In this document: positions 21,933 to 34,033 of the stretch, in pieces | How the letters are laid out: every line of letters starts with the position of its first letter | Numbering within the stretch: position 1 is the stretch's first letter | Assembly: GCA_965644495.1 (NCBI GenBank) | Contig: CBFFSA010000004.1 | Span: 1-64,000 of the forward strand | Length of the DNA stretch: 64,000 bases | Source of the DNA: Perkinsela sp. CCAP 1560/9 | Lineage: Eukaryota; Protista; Euglenozoa: Kinetoplastea | Reading direction: 5' to 3' | Made by a program: the position numbers and the translations under genes | Notes under the pieces: model-generated | What the model was told of the DNA's origin: nothing | Databases searched by the model: none | The model's input: only the letters and a program-made list of their open reading frames with translations

Positions 21933-24536
21933 TTACACCTTCCCCCCTTTCACCACAAAACGCAGCCTGCTCCCGCTGCCATCCAACCCGACCTCCACGA
22001 CACTATCCTCCACGAGCTCATTACTTATGATCATCCGACTCAGCTGGGTGACCACATTTTTATCCATCCACCGTTTTAACGGTCGTGCTCCAAATTCCGG
22101 GTCATAGGCTTGTTCCAGAATAAACGTCTTAGCCGCGGGCTCCAGCACCACCGTCACGCGTTTCTCCGCGAGCTGCTGATTTAACGTTTTCACCAACGCC
22201 TCCACAATCCCATGAAGTTCCGCAAACCCGAGTCTTTTAAACATAACAATATCATCCAGTCGGTTAAGAAACTCGGGACGAAAAAACTGTCGAACCGCTT
22301 GCAAAACTTTACCCTTCGCCACCTCATGAATCCCTGGACTCTCCGGGGCGTGTTGCAAAAACTCAGCCCCCAAATTGGAGGTCAAGATCATCACGGTGTT
22401 GGTAAAATCCACCGTTCGGCCTTGGCTATCCGTGAGTCGTCCATCATCGAGGGTTTGCAGCAGCACATTCAGCACGTTCGGGTGGGCCTTCTCCACCTCA
22501 TCGAACAGCACCACGGAGTGCGGTCGTCGTCGCACGGGCTCCGTGAGTTGGCCCCCTTCCTCATGCCCGACATACCCCGGGGGCGCCCCGACAAGCCGTG
22601 CCACGCTGTGGGGCTCCATGTACTCACTCATGTCGATTCGGACCATATTCTTTTCACTGTCGAAGAGCTCAGAGGCGAGCGCTTTCGCGAGCTCTGTCTT
22701 TCCCACCCCCGTGGGCCCGATGAAGAGAAAACATCCCGTGGGGCGGGACCGGTGGGAGAGTCCCGCACGGGAGCGCAGAATCGCCTCGGAAACCGCAGCC
22801 ACGGCCTCCTCCTGGCCCTGGATACGCCGGTGGAGGACCGCGGGGAGGTGAAGCAGCCGCTGCTGCTCGGTTTGGTTGAGTTTACTCACGGGGATTCCGG
22901 TCCACCGCGCCACGATCAGCGCAATGTCGTTTTCGGTGACACAGTTTTGTAACATGTGGGTTTTTTTTTCACGTTCCATTTTTTCTTTTGTGGAACGAAT
23001 CATGTCTTGGATTTGCGGGATGGCGTTGTAGCGAAGATCCGCGGCAGCTTCCATGTCGTGGGAGCGCTCCGCACGTTCGAGTTTTACCCGTTTTTCCTCT
23101 AAACGGGTTTGTAGATCGGTGAGTTGATGCACCAGACTGCGCTCGGCTTCGTAACGGGCCAGGAGAGGCCCGAGTTCGTCTCGGATGCGTTGAATCTCGG
23201 CCTGGATCGCTTGCAGACGTTCTTTGTTTTTGGGATTTTCCGAATCCCGTTCCAGGGCTTTGGTTTCAATCTCCAGTTGTCGTTGACGGCGCTCTAAGGT
23301 GTCGATGTTCTCCGGTCGTGAGTCCAGCTGTACGCGAACGTTGGCACAAGCCTCATCGATTAAATCAATCGCCTTGTCCGGGAGAAATCGATTGGTGATG
23401 TACCGATCCGAGAGCTGAGCGGCGAGCACAATCGCGTTATCCGTGATCTGTACCCCATGATGGGTTTCATACCGCTCCTGGAGTCCTCGAAGAATAGAAA
23501 TACAGTCCGGGACATTGGGCTCGTTAACGTAGACAGGCTGAAACCGGCGCTCAAAAGCGGCGTCTTTTTCCACATGCTTTCGGTACTCTTGAAGGGTCGT
23601 GGCCCCAATGGTTCGCAACTCCCCTCGTGCGAGCATGGGCTTTAACAAATTCGCCGCATCCATGGCCCCTTCCGCTTTTCCCGCACCCAACACCAGATGA
23701 ATCTCATCAATAAACAAAATAATCTCATTCGGATTCTCCTTCACCTCATTCAGCACCGCTTTCAATCTTTCCTCAAACTCCCCACGGTGACTGGCCCCCG
23801 CAATCAGCGCTCCCATATCAAGAGAAAAAATTCTCCCTTTTAAACTTTCCGGAATGTCCCCTCGCACAATCCGCTGGGCTATCCCCTCCACGATCGCCGT
23901 CTTCCCCACCCCGGGCTCCCCAATCAGCACGGGGTTATTTTTCGTCCGTCGGCTTAACACCCGAATGGTGCGACGGATCTCCTCATCCCGCCCCACCACC
24001 GGGTCGATCTTCCCCTCCTCCGCGAGTTGGCAAATGTCCTGGCTGTATTTCTCCAGCGCCTCATAGGTGGTTTCCTGATGCGCGGAGGTCACCTTTTTAC
24101 CCTTTCGCAGCTCCGTGACTTTCCCCTCGATCGCTTTTTTCGAAAGCCCCTGTCGGGTCAGAACCTCCCCGAGCTCCCGGCTCTCGTGGAGACTGAGTAA
24201 AAAGTGATCCACGGCCAGCAGCGTGTCCTGCAGAGAAATTCGTTTCTGCTCCGCGGTGTTTAAAATGCGCTGGAGTTCACTGTTCGGGGAGACCGAGGCC
24301 GGGGGAGGGGATTGTCCCGGCAGAGCGTTGGCTTTTTCACGAAACAGCCCCTCTAAATGGGAGGGGTCGGCCCCCAGTTTTTGCGCCACCCGCGCGGCCA
24401 GCCCGTGGGGGTCCTCGAAAAGGGCACAGGCGAGGTGGAACGGGGAGAGGAAACCACAGCCTTTTTGTTTGGCCATGGCGAGAGCGGTGGAGAGGGCGCG
24501 TTGGGCCATTTGGGTCCATTCGGTTGTGCTGGACAT
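21933..24536 (-). CDS. HSP100: Hsp100/ClpB disaggregase
   Basis: Two AAA+ domains (GEPGVGKT, GPTGVGKT), M-domain coiled coil, RIDMSEY, GARPLKR. Confidence 0.97.
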   Translation of the reverse strand: MSSTTEWTQMAQRALSTALAMAKQKGCGFLSPFHLACALFEDPHGLAARVAQKLGADPSHLEGLFREKANALPGQSPPPASVSPNSELQRILNTAEQKRISLQDTLLAVDHFLLSLHESRELGEVLTRQGLSKKAIEGKVTELRKGKKVTSAHQETTYEALEKYSQDICQLAEEGKIDPVVGRDEEIRRTIRVLSRRTKNNPVLIGEPGVGKTAIVEGIAQRIVRGDIPESLKGRIFSLDMGALIAGASHRGEFEERLKAVLNEVKENPNEIILFIDEIHLVLGAGKAEGAMDAANLLKPMLARGELRTIGATTLQEYRKHVEKDAAFERRFQPVYVNEPNVPDCISILRGLQERYETHHGVQITDNAIVLAAQLSDRYITNRFLPDKAIDLIDEACANVRVQLDSRPENIDTLERRQRQLEIETKALERDSENPKNKERLQAIQAEIQRIRDELGPLLARYEAERSLVHQLTDLQTRLEEKRVKLERAERSHDMEAAADLRYNAIPQIQDMIRSTKEKMEREKKTHMLQNCVTENDIALIVARWTGIPVSKLNQTEQQRLLHLPAVLHRRIQGQEEAVAAVSEAILRSRAGLSHRSRPTGCFLFIGPTGVGKTELAKALASELFDSEKNMVRIDMSEYMEPHSVARLVGAPPGYVGHEEGGQLTEPVRRRPHSVVLFDEVEKAHPNVLNVLLQTLDDGRLTDSQGRTVDFTNTVMILTSNLGAEFLQHAPESPGIHEVAKGKVLQAVRQFFRPEFLNRLDDIVMFKRLGFAELHGIVEALVKTLNQQLAEKRVTVVLEPAAKTFILEQAYDPEFGARPLKRWMDKNVVTQLSRMIISNELVEDSVVEVGLDGSGSRLRFVVKGGKV

Positions 24537-24557
24537 GAGAGAGGGGGAGAAAGTGTT

Positions 24558-24750
<193 letters not shown>

Positions 24751-25285
24751 AGAAGAGGTAAATAAAAAAGGGTTGAAGAGGATCTTTCTTTGTTCTGGTG
24801 TCAAATTATCGAAAGACAACAACGGAGATTTTAGTCACGTAAGGTCTCGGGCAGGCGACTGAGGTTCGGAAACTTCGAACATAGATTACAAACGTTCAGG
24901 AGAGGAGGTAAAAACTCCAAGTCTATTCTGTGTGAAGAATTACCAACGAGAGCTCTATTTTTTCACTGTTTTTGTTCACTTTGTTTCTTCAATAAACGAG
25001 GGTAGAGCGGTAGTTATGTAAAATAACCGCTGCAATAAAGGACACTGAATTACAGGTCGATAAATCCTGTGAATCGAGAGTGAATGAATCTTCAAGATAT
25101 AGTCTTCGAGAATTACAGGACATTTTCAACCTAAAAGGGGATGTGCCTTAATTAACGTGTCGCGTAATTACACTTAATTATAGTAAGTTCCAACCTGTAT
25201 TCCGTATCTCCCTGAATTTTGTTCATGGAACGTTTGTGGGCCCAAGTACGATCGTTAAAGTCTACTTTGATGGCTATGCGTATTG

Positions 25286-25990
25286 TTAAGGAATTACCTT
25301 CTTCACAAGATCCATTACATTTCCTCCCGGAACTCGAAAAGCTTCCTCCTTGAATGCACTGTCTTTAACGTACAGAAACGGGTTACCGTCCAAGCCCAGT
25401 TGACCCATTCCTTTGGGAAGAGAACTCAAGCTGACATGACCACGAAAACGATTGCTATTTAGAAGAAGTGAATTCATTGCGGAAGGAAGGTTTGTTAAAT
25501 CCAACGGCCCACTGAATTGATTGCTAACCAATTCAAGCAAATAAAGAGTTTGAGGTAACTTGGTGAGACAGATCTCTCCGGAAAAATTGTTGTTACTCAA
25601 GACCATATAGGCTATATTACCTGGAAGCGCAGTGAAGTCAGCCTTTCCACGAAAAAAATTACCATCAATGCAGAAATTAAGAAGCTTCGGTGGCAGCTCC
25701 GTAAAAGGTACCTCACCTTCCAGTCCATTACTGTAGAGTTTTAAAATAACCAGAGCATGAGGGAGAAATTCCCACCGAAGAATCCCCGAAAGGCGGAATC
25801 GATGCCATTCAATTTCAGTAACACGGCCTTCCTCATCGCATGTGATTCCACTCCACCTACAAGCGGGAGTGTCTATATTCCATGACGGCCGATGAAGTTT
25901 CACGTTTTCAATGAGATGCGCAAGTTGATATTCTGGAGGCGGCAAGTTTCCTCGCACCTTTGCAGCCTTCAGTGGAATGCTCGTGTTCAT
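25286..25990 (-). CDS. LRR protein, subfamily A
   Basis: ATG at 25990 by alignment to paralogues. W-x4-PAC-x-W-x-G-x-x-C N-cap plus six 23-aa LP-x2-L-x2-L-x-L-x2-N-x-F-x-G repeats. Confidence 0.9.
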   Translation of the reverse strand: MNTSIPLKAAKVRGNLPPPEYQLAHLIENVKLHRPSWNIDTPACRWSGITCDEEGRVTEIEWHRFRLSGILRWEFLPHALVILKLYSNGLEGEVPFTELPPKLLNFCIDGNFFRGKADFTALPGNIAYMVLSNNNFSGEICLTKLPQTLYLLELVSNQFSGPLDLTNLPSAMNSLLLNSNRFRGHVSLSSLPKGMGQLGLDGNPFLYVKDSAFKEEAFRVPGGNVMDLVKKVIP

Positions 25991-26786
25991 ACTTCTGCTA
26001 GGGAAATAAGAAAAGTTGACTGAAGCACGTAATTCTTGCATAAAAACAAGTTGGAAATCGGAAAATCGTAATAAGCCATGTTCCGTGTTAGTAACACGAA
26101 AGTAAGGGCGAAGGCAAAGCTCTTCGCTAGGGGAGAGAGATCTCTTGTTTGCAACAACAATGAGCAAAAACGAAAAACAAAAGAATCAAAATTCCACACG
26201 ACGGGGGGGGGAGGTCAATAACCTCCCCTGTACTTACGTATCTCCATTGTTTTTTTTTGTATATTTTGCGCTGCAAAGCGCATCACCGGTAAAGTGACTA
26301 ATTGAACATTAAAGTGACATTGGAATATTGAAAAGCAAGCTGACATTAATCGGTACCCAGATTACACTTTTTAAGTTTTATGAAGTATTCGCTACGATAT
26401 TACACTTGGATACGTAGCCCCTAACCACCATCCACTGACAGGAAAATCCTTGCAGATGTTTCAGCTTCAGCAACAAAGCCAAGAACAAGGCTCCGCAAGC
26501 TGTCCTATACCACTGTTGAATACTGGGTTAAAAACCTTTCAGAGGTGTATTGGACACAAGAATGGGAGTAAGAAGTTGCACTAAGTTTTGAGGACTCCAT
26601 GGCACCGAAAAACCGCTCGAAAATAACTGAATCATTTTCACATGACACTTCAAAAGTCGCATCTTTACCATTGTGCTTTACAAATTCCTATTCGCCTTCC
26701 AGAACCTTCTTTGCCTCATCTTTTCCTTCCATCCAACCCCATCATCCTCAACAGAATTCATTCTTCCAGATAGCCTCTGTGCTCTC

Positions 26787-29700
26787 TCAGGAAAGCATTT
26801 CCTCCCGTGACAGCTCTTCCAGCCTTTGCTGGGTCGCTTTTCGGTATTCCATCTCCTCTTTCTTTCGTTGCGCGAGCTGTGCTTGCTGTGCTTCCACCAG
26901 AGTGTGGGTAACCGGAACCTCCACGTGTCGTATTTCATACCCGACCCCATAGGAGGACTTCGAGGATCCCTCGGTCGCCCCTCCCCCCACTCGCTTCTTA
27001 CGAATCGCTACCCCAAGCGAAACCGTTTGCTGGGTATGGATCTTTTTTTCCGTATTTTTTGAGGATAACAAAAGATCTTTTTCTTTGGCATGATCTTCCC
27101 CTTTTTCATGGGATAATGATTCCTTGTTTTCGTGAGAGGATCGTAGTAAGGACGTGCGACCGGCCAAAGGGGTAGGACCCAGTCTACGCCCTCCCATGGA
27201 TTTAAGGGTATTTTGTAACTTGATGGCATCAAAGCTTTCTTTGGCCGTTTCTCGTAGAAGCCGGTCCATTTCCTCCTCTTCTTTTGGATTGCTTAATGGT
27301 TGATTCGCGTGAGTTGCGTTCTCTTCTTCATCCCATTTTTCGTTCTCAAATTCATTTTCTGCATCGATTTCAGCGTCTTTGGATTGGCTCTCGTCCCGTG
27401 CAGTTGTTTTTTCCTCTTTAGAAACATTTAGACGCTTCATTTCTTCCTCCGTAGTGAGCTCTTCCTCCTCTGTACTTTCCTCCAGTGAATCTTGTACCTC
27501 CACTTGTTGTAAAAATCGGTCATCCTCAATCGGATGCAACGCTTTATCCATTTCAGCATGTGATAACGCGAAATAATACACATAATCGTTCACAGGGTCT
27601 TGCGAAGCCTCCTGCACTCGTGACTTTGTCATCCCCGCTTTACGCGAAAAAGACGAAAGCGTAAAAGCATGTGCTTTACTGCTCTTGCTGTTCTTTTTTC
27701 CCGAATTTCGCGTTTCTGCTGCCGCTCGATCCAACTCTTTCATCACGCGGTCTAAATTCTCATTTGCCTCCTTTAAGGTTGCAGGAAAGGCTGAAACGAG
27801 ATTGAACCCCGCAGGCGATTGTTTCGAAAGCCCTTCATGGACTTCTGCAAATAGAAACCCTAGAGCGACGGGAAGCGGTTTCGGCAAACGCTGCATGTTT
27901 CGAAAAAAATAAAAAAGATAATAAAACAGCCGGGAGCGAAAAAGAGGATCCGTAAACCGTGTTTTAAACCGGGAAAGCGTGAGCGCGTGCAGGAGGGTAA
28001 GCACAAGCCGCGCACGGGCGTAGCCCCCATGGGGGGTGTCCTGCTCCATCCCATACAGCGTTACCATATAGAGAACATAGAAAAGAGTCCCATCGGTGAG
28101 CATACGACGTGAGGCGAACTCACCAAGGAAGCGAATATCGTGGATTCGTTTTTGTATCGCACGAACGGGATGGGGCGACGAAAAGAATTCGTTTTCTAAA
28201 TCCTGACGAAGTCGTTCGACAATGTCGTCAATTAAAAGGTGAGTGTGCGTACGCCACATTTTGTCGTTTTTCCACAGAATGTGAAGCACATTGGTGAGGT
28301 CTTCGATGCCCGTATCCCGCATACGAGCGGTTTTTCGCATCACACGTTGAAGCATTTGGAGATTTTCCGGTTTTGAACAGTCCAGTTTACGAATTTGTTT
28401 GCTCACGAAACTGACATTGTCACTGGAAAGCTCCACGAAAAGTAAATGGCGAAAGTAACGTTCCAGCATGGGTTTGTCGGTGTCTTTTCGTGTTGTCTTG
28501 GGGACGTTAAGCAATGCTTTCTCCTGGGCCGCTGTTTGGTCTTCTATAATAGATTTACATGTGGAGATGGCAGTCCCGAGACGAAGCTCCAACTCACCTC
28601 CCAGCACACGAATGGATTTTACAAAACTTCGAAGGAGGGATTCGAATTTAGGTCGTGTTACGGCGTTTCGAGTTAAATAGGGACCTACAGATTGTAAAAA
28701 CAGCAGCAGCGATTCCCCATTATGGGATCTCCCTTTGAGTTGCGCAATGTCTCCGCAGTAGGAAAGCAGACGAAGTAAACTTGCACTGGAACCGAGTTGG
28801 AACTTCGTTGCCTCACACAGCAACGTAACCAATGCGTGTTTAGGGCCGAGATCGGAGAAAGCGGATTGATCGACCATTTTCATCAGCCCCTCTTCGCATT
28901 GTTTGAAGCAAATCTCACCTAAATCGGTCAGAATGGGTTCAGAAGAGGCTTGTAGCATCGCTGCAATGCGTAGCAATCCGGGAGCACTGGCTTTGTGCTC
29001 AAAAGGCATCTCACTGATCGATCGGATCAGTTTTTTCTTACAGGAGAGTAAAAACGAGCGCCCTTGATCCTTGGAATGCCGTGTGCGGTATCGATTGAGC
29101 GCATGAGAAGGGGATAAAAAGGTAGAAAGCCATGTCTCAGCGGAATGAGAAACTTTTACCAGGTCCATAGCTTCGGACGAAAGCACATGATAAAGTAAGC
29201 CCAGGTCCTGAGTAACAGATAGCACCGCTTCTTGCTCCTCAACTTCAACATCCGTGTCCGTGAGAGAGGCGGCTCTCGGAGCTCCCAACGCCTCATCAAT
29301 CGGAATGGCTATGGAGGCAACATTATGATAAAAGGCTTCCTCGTCTTCCGTTTCAAAAAGTTTATCGCTGGACCAGGAAATCTCCCCCACGGAATAAAAA
29401 GCAGACAGCCCGGAGAGCAGAACAATATCCGATGTGTTTGCGGAATCTTTTTGAGAAGATTTTAAGTCATCCTGTAACGATGCCAAGGTAGGGGGGCTTT
29501 GTAGAGGAATCAATTCCCCATTCGGGTGTGTCACAACAATAGGGTGAAGTAACTGATAAAGCTTGTCGGCTATTTTTTTCTGCGTCCCGAATTGTTCACA
29601 AAGCGTCTCGGGAAGCTCCCCGGTACGTCGGATGACTTCCAAATTTTCTTTCCACAACGCTTTCATTTCGGAGTAAACTTCGTCCAAAATGTCAGTACAG

Positions 29701-30545
29701 AATTGGGAGACGTTTTTTACAAGTTCTTTAAATTCCTCCGCGGACGCCTGGCTGACATAAAGTTCCAAACTGGGCTCTGCACGTGAAACAATATCGTCAA
29801 AAGATGCAGTTTTATTCCTTTCTTCGCCCGACTCTGATATTTCTTGCCACTGTTTCGCACCATACAAATGACAGCCGATACTTTTTACAATAATTTGCAC
29901 CACGGACAACGCAAGTGTGACAATACCCGATGGAGGAATTAACTCCGGGTTATTTTCTGAATTTTGCAGCGTTTTGAGCGCTTCTCTAGAAAGGTAGGAA
30001 CGCTGTAACTGAGAAATAACCCAACGAAACAATTTCCACTCGGTGATAACACCATAGCGAAATAACGCACAACACAGTCGCGTGAGAATGCGAGATCGGG
30101 TCACGTCTTCTGCCTCCTTTCGGGGAGCAAGAAAAAAGGAAAGGGTCCATCGTTTTTTGAGATCTCCTAAAAGGGCAGGAGTAAAGCTTCCGTAGCGTTG
30201 GTGCATCTCTCCACACACCAGGGCAAGGCTCGGTACATCGGATGATTTGGTTTTTCCTTCTAGAACGGTGCTGATAATGTTTCCTGCGGCCTCGGTAAGA
30301 TATCGGCTTAGATTAAGTTGTTGCACGTCACGTATCACGACCGGGAGAGAACTGCTTTTGAACTCCGCAATGCGACGAAGAAATATCGCGGATCTTTTCA
30401 TGTCACTGGAGAGCTCACGGAGTTGGGCTGTGTCCAGTCGGTACGGTTTGGGTTCCAGATTTCGATTACGAAGCTCCTGGAGGCATTCTGCGTTCTCTAT
30501 ACAGTCGTTTTCAAGATGGAGATTAGGTGTAGAAAAGGTCGTCAT
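26787..30545 (-). CDS. UPF2: UPF2/NMD2 nonsense-mediated decay factor
   Basis: LSSDMKRSAIFLRRI, LNLSRYLTEA and MHQRY fit MIF4G-1. RIHDIRFLGEF fits MIF4G-3. Acidic C-terminus. Confidence 0.85.
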   Translation of the reverse strand: MTTFSTPNLHLENDCIENAECLQELRNRNLEPKPYRLDTAQLRELSSDMKRSAIFLRRIAEFKSSSLPVVIRDVQQLNLSRYLTEAAGNIISTVLEGKTKSSDVPSLALVCGEMHQRYGSFTPALLGDLKKRWTLSFFLAPRKEAEDVTRSRILTRLCCALFRYGVITEWKLFRWVISQLQRSYLSREALKTLQNSENNPELIPPSGIVTLALSVVQIIVKSIGCHLYGAKQWQEISESGEERNKTASFDDIVSRAEPSLELYVSQASAEEFKELVKNVSQFCTDILDEVYSEMKALWKENLEVIRRTGELPETLCEQFGTQKKIADKLYQLLHPIVVTHPNGELIPLQSPPTLASLQDDLKSSQKDSANTSDIVLLSGLSAFYSVGEISWSSDKLFETEDEEAFYHNVASIAIPIDEALGAPRAASLTDTDVEVEEQEAVLSVTQDLGLLYHVLSSEAMDLVKVSHSAETWLSTFLSPSHALNRYRTRHSKDQGRSFLLSCKKKLIRSISEMPFEHKASAPGLLRIAAMLQASSEPILTDLGEICFKQCEEGLMKMVDQSAFSDLGPKHALVTLLCEATKFQLGSSASLLRLLSYCGDIAQLKGRSHNGESLLLFLQSVGPYLTRNAVTRPKFESLLRSFVKSIRVLGGELELRLGTAISTCKSIIEDQTAAQEKALLNVPKTTRKDTDKPMLERYFRHLLFVELSSDNVSFVSKQIRKLDCSKPENLQMLQRVMRKTARMRDTGIEDLTNVLHILWKNDKMWRTHTHLLIDDIVERLRQDLENEFFSSPHPVRAIQKRIHDIRFLGEFASRRMLTDGTLFYVLYMVTLYGMEQDTPHGGYARARLVLTLLHALTLSRFKTRFTDPLFRSRLFYYLFYFFRNMQRLPKPLPVALGFLFAEVHEGLSKQSPAGFNLVSAFPATLKEANENLDRVMKELDRAAAETRNSGKKNSKSSKAHAFTLSSFSRKAGMTKSRVQEASQDPVNDYVYYFALSHAEMDKALHPIEDDRFLQQVEVQDSLEESTEEEELTTEEEMKRLNVSKEEKTTARDESQSKDAEIDAENEFENEKWDEEENATHANQPLSNPKEEEEMDRLLRETAKESFDAIKLQNTLKSMGGRRLGPTPLAGRTSLLRSSHENKESLSHEKGEDHAKEKDLLLSSKNTEKKIHTQQTVSLGVAIRKKRVGGGATEGSSKSSYGVGYEIRHVEVPVTHTLVEAQQAQLAQRKKEEMEYRKATQQRLEELSREEMLS

Positions 30546-30889
30546 GTAGGAAAGGGAATTTATCTATTACTAGTTAGATAGTGGACGTTGAGCTTTGATT
30601 TTTTGCCTTGCGGTACTGGAAAAACCTACTCGGGGTACGGGCTAATGAAATTATTAAGATTAAAATTGTTGCACAATAAAAAATTCACAAATTTTTGTTT
30701 TCCTGTTTTTTCCTGTTGAATGTGTGTGTCTTTTACAGAAAAAATGATGAAGTCACACATACAGCAGAGGTCTTTGGAGGACGTTGAGAACAAACACCGC
30801 GTCCAAAGAAGTGACGAAAACCAAACAAAGAAAATATAAACTTATTTAAACACCGAGAACCCTGAAAAAAGAGAAAAAAGAAAAACAGC

Positions 30890-31531
30890 CTAGCCGCTGA
30901 AATCCTCAAACCCTCGAACGCGGGTGAGTATACCATTGTTGACGATAATTTCAGTTCGTGTCACATCATAGTGCAAGCCCTTATACCTTTCCTCCACGTC
31001 CAAAATCCCCTCTAATTTTTTGTTTCTATCCAGATAAATGTCACGCAGAGACGAGGGGAGAACCGAAAAATCAACCCACCCTGAAAAGTCGTTTCCAGCA
31101 ATGCTCAAGTATTTTATCGAAGGAGGCAAAGACAGAAAATTCGGCGTTCCAGTAAATTTATTGTCTGAAATGCCGAGATTTTCCAATGAGGAAGGCAGAC
31201 ATTCAAACGGAACGTTTCCTTCCAATTGATTTCCCCAAAGCTTTAACTCTACTACAGTTCTGGGAAGATAATTCCAATCCAACTCACCACTGAGGTAACC
31301 GTTGTACCAATAAATGCCCATCACGTTGAGTTCTAAATCGCAATCAATTCCACCCCATTCACATGCGGGGGTATCGGTACTCCACGTGTCTTGATCCTGT
31401 TCCACGTTTTTCACGAATCGTGCCAAGTCATACTCCAGGGGGAGGGGAACTCCAGATACTTTTCCCGGGCGCTGGCCATGTGGAGCTTCTGAAGCCAATG
31501 TACGCAACAAAATGTTGTGGTAGATAGGCAT
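30890..31531 (-). CDS. LRR protein
   Basis: RPGKVSGVPLPLEYDL, TPACEWGGIDC cap, LRRs. First ATG at 31531. Confidence 0.88.
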   Translation of the reverse strand: MPIYHNILLRTLASEAPHGQRPGKVSGVPLPLEYDLARFVKNVEQDQDTWSTDTPACEWGGIDCDLELNVMGIYWYNGYLSGELDWNYLPRTVVELKLWGNQLEGNVPFECLPSSLENLGISDNKFTGTPNFLSLPPSIKYLSIAGNDFSGWVDFSVLPSSLRDIYLDRNKKLEGILDVEERYKGLHYDVTRTEIIVNNGILTRVRGFEDFSG

Positions 31532-31683
31532 ATAGAATGCTTTTTTAGAGTTTCTAATAAGGAAGAGAAACAAAGTTCACCGGCTCGAATCAATTTTTTG
31601 TCACCGGTTATTCGAGGTTTTGCCACCGGTTATTCGAAGGAGTTTTACCACCGGTTATGGGTAAATCTGAAAAAAAAATACTA

Positions 31684-32970
31684 AAGGGAGGGCTCGTCTA
31701 CTGTTGGCAACTTTTTTTGCCAACAATAGCCGATTGCCAACAATAGATGATACAATACCCCCTTTAACCAACAATAGATGGAGCGGCAATAAAATCATCT
31801 ATTGTTGGCCATCAAGGTAACTTACGCTACGTTTATTTTTTAGGCTCTTCGTTAAACGCGGTGGTTGTTTTCAACTTAGAAGTCACTCATGCTGCGCGCT
31901 TCGCGTTGAAAACTACCACCGCGTTTAACGAAGAGCCTAAAAAAGAAAGTTTAGCCTGGAAAACGGAAAGATTATAGCCAAAAATAGCCGAATTTCGGGT
32001 AAAAATGGGGTGATTTTCGCGTATTTTTGCTGTCAGAGCACTAAATCCGACATTTGCGCATGGGAAATCACTCGTAGGCATGAATAGAAGCCTACCAAAC
32101 GTATTGGGTAGAGAATGCGACTCCAACCATGCCATTCTTTCGACACAAAAATGCCACTTTAGGTCCGAAAAATACTTTTTCACCTTTTTAGTCAAAAATG
32201 GGTCATTTTGAGGGGCGCACCACGGTTAGAAGAAGGGATACCTTGCGAAAACAACTGCGGAGAAAGCTAGTGTAGGTCCCAAACTATCAAAATACAATAG
32301 GGGAAACGATTTTGGAAAAATATTTTTTTTACCATTTTTTTCGCCAAGTTGAAATTTTTTTCAATTTTTTTTTCCGAAAAAATCCGAACTTGGCGGACCC
32401 GTCCTGCGGATACGCGGGGGAGTCACCCCCGGGTAGGGGGGTGGAAAATGCGCGCCAAGACCCCGGCTACCCTTTCTGCGGTTTCGAAAACTATTTTTTT
32501 CGAAAAAATTTGCTCGACCATGACCCCCCTGGACCCCCAATTTTTTTCAATTTTTTTTAAGTTTTGGACCACCGGAGCCCCCTTTTATATTTTTTTCTTC
32601 TATTATATTACTGTGTTCCTCTTTATATTTTCACTGTTTTTGTTCACCTTTTTTCTAATAATCGAGGGTAGAGCGGTAGTTTTACAACCACCGCAATCAC
32701 TTACACTACCGTCGCCCCCCCCCTCACATACACGAGGATACATACATGCACATGTATACGTATCTTCGAAAAAGAGGAAATTTTCGAAAAGTTTCGAAAA
32801 AAGTGGAAATTTTGACCTTAGCAGACTCCAGGATTTTATCCGCCATACATGGCAATGAATCAAAAAAATCAAAATTAATTAAATGTCAACAATAACCGAT
32901 TGCCAACAATAGATGATTTTATTAGTTTGCCAACAATAGATGATTGCGAACAATAGACGTACGCCCCCTT
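31684..32970. mobile_element. TA-flanked TIR element with nested full R1 copy (31841-32697)
   Basis: Imperfect TIR AAGGGAGGGCTCGTCTACTGTT / AACAATAGACGTACGCCCCCTT and subterminal CAACAATAG repeats. Confidence 0.7.
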
Positions 32971-33039
32971 TACTGAAGACACTACTGTCCCTGCCATTAA
33001 TAATGATAACAATATTTTTTTTGTCATCCCCCGAACCCA

Positions 33040-33870
33040 TTAGCGCACGCCCCTACGGTACCAGTTTTGTACCGCGACATGCGCTATCTGGGCGTTCCCC
33101 TTTTGGATGGATACCCCGATTGCCATGATAAAATGGCTGAGGCAACCATTCTTCTCGCCGGTGGCCTTCCGAGCGACCAGATTTAGAAACTGGAGGGTCT
33201 CGGGCCCGGGGACACTGTACGTGATGAAGGCTAAAGGGAAGAAATCCATCTCCCCGGCCCCCGCCATTTCCTCGTGAGTGCGCCTTTTGAGGCGCTCAGC
33301 CTGCCTCACGGTGAAGGAGGGCTCAGCTGCCCCCTTATCGACGTAGGACGGGGCCAGTGGGTTTACCACCGTCACGTCCACTAGGACTAGTTTCCGCCCC
33401 AAAAGGAGGCAGATGTCCGGTCCCTGACCGTTATCGAATCTAGGTTCGACTAGGTCTGGGGAGAATCCGTACTGGATTAGTAGGTTGCAGAAAGTTTCCT
33501 TAACCCCCTTGTGACGAGAGGCTTGTGTCTTCCCCCGAACTTTCTTGCAATCCATGGCGTGGACGCAGAACTCCTCATTTTTGAGGGCCGCGCCGCACAC
33601 ACATTGGATTTCAGGTTCGGAGGTGGGGGCCACCATGTACCGGAGTCTAGCGGCGGTCTCCCATTCGGGATCCCGCATGTAGTACTCCGGCCTGTTCGGC
33701 CACGCATTCATCCACTTGGTCGAGTGGATGTTCTGGATCTGGCGCATGCAGAACAGATGCGTGGCCGACGGTGCCTTGTCCAGAGCAGCCGCCCCATAAG
33801 CGCGTCGCTGCTCCCTGGAGGGGGTGCCGGGGGACTGGCCTTGTAAGGCCTTGACTGCTTTGGCCTGCAT
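33040..33870 (-). mobile_element. CRE/SLACS-like retrotransposon C-terminus (Zn knuckle + restriction-like endonuclease)
   Basis: CVCG..HAMDC, RH, PDI..VDVTV, AERLK, FFPLAF. 5'-truncated. Confidence 0.88.
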
Positions 33871-34033
33871 GTCCTCCGCTTTGTCTTCGAAGGGGATGGT
33901 GCCCAGGAAGTCCGCCGTAAAAAGTTATTTACGAACGGCGTCGTTCCCATGGCTCCCATCCCCCCGAGCAAGGTTTCGGAACATGCGGTGATGGCCGCAT
34001 AACAATAAACTTCAAGAATGATAATGATTTCTT

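Noticed and set aside
21933-24536. Bacterial clpB / bacterial contig
   Set aside because: It lies among eukaryote-specific genes (EB1, UPF2) and eukaryotic transposons.
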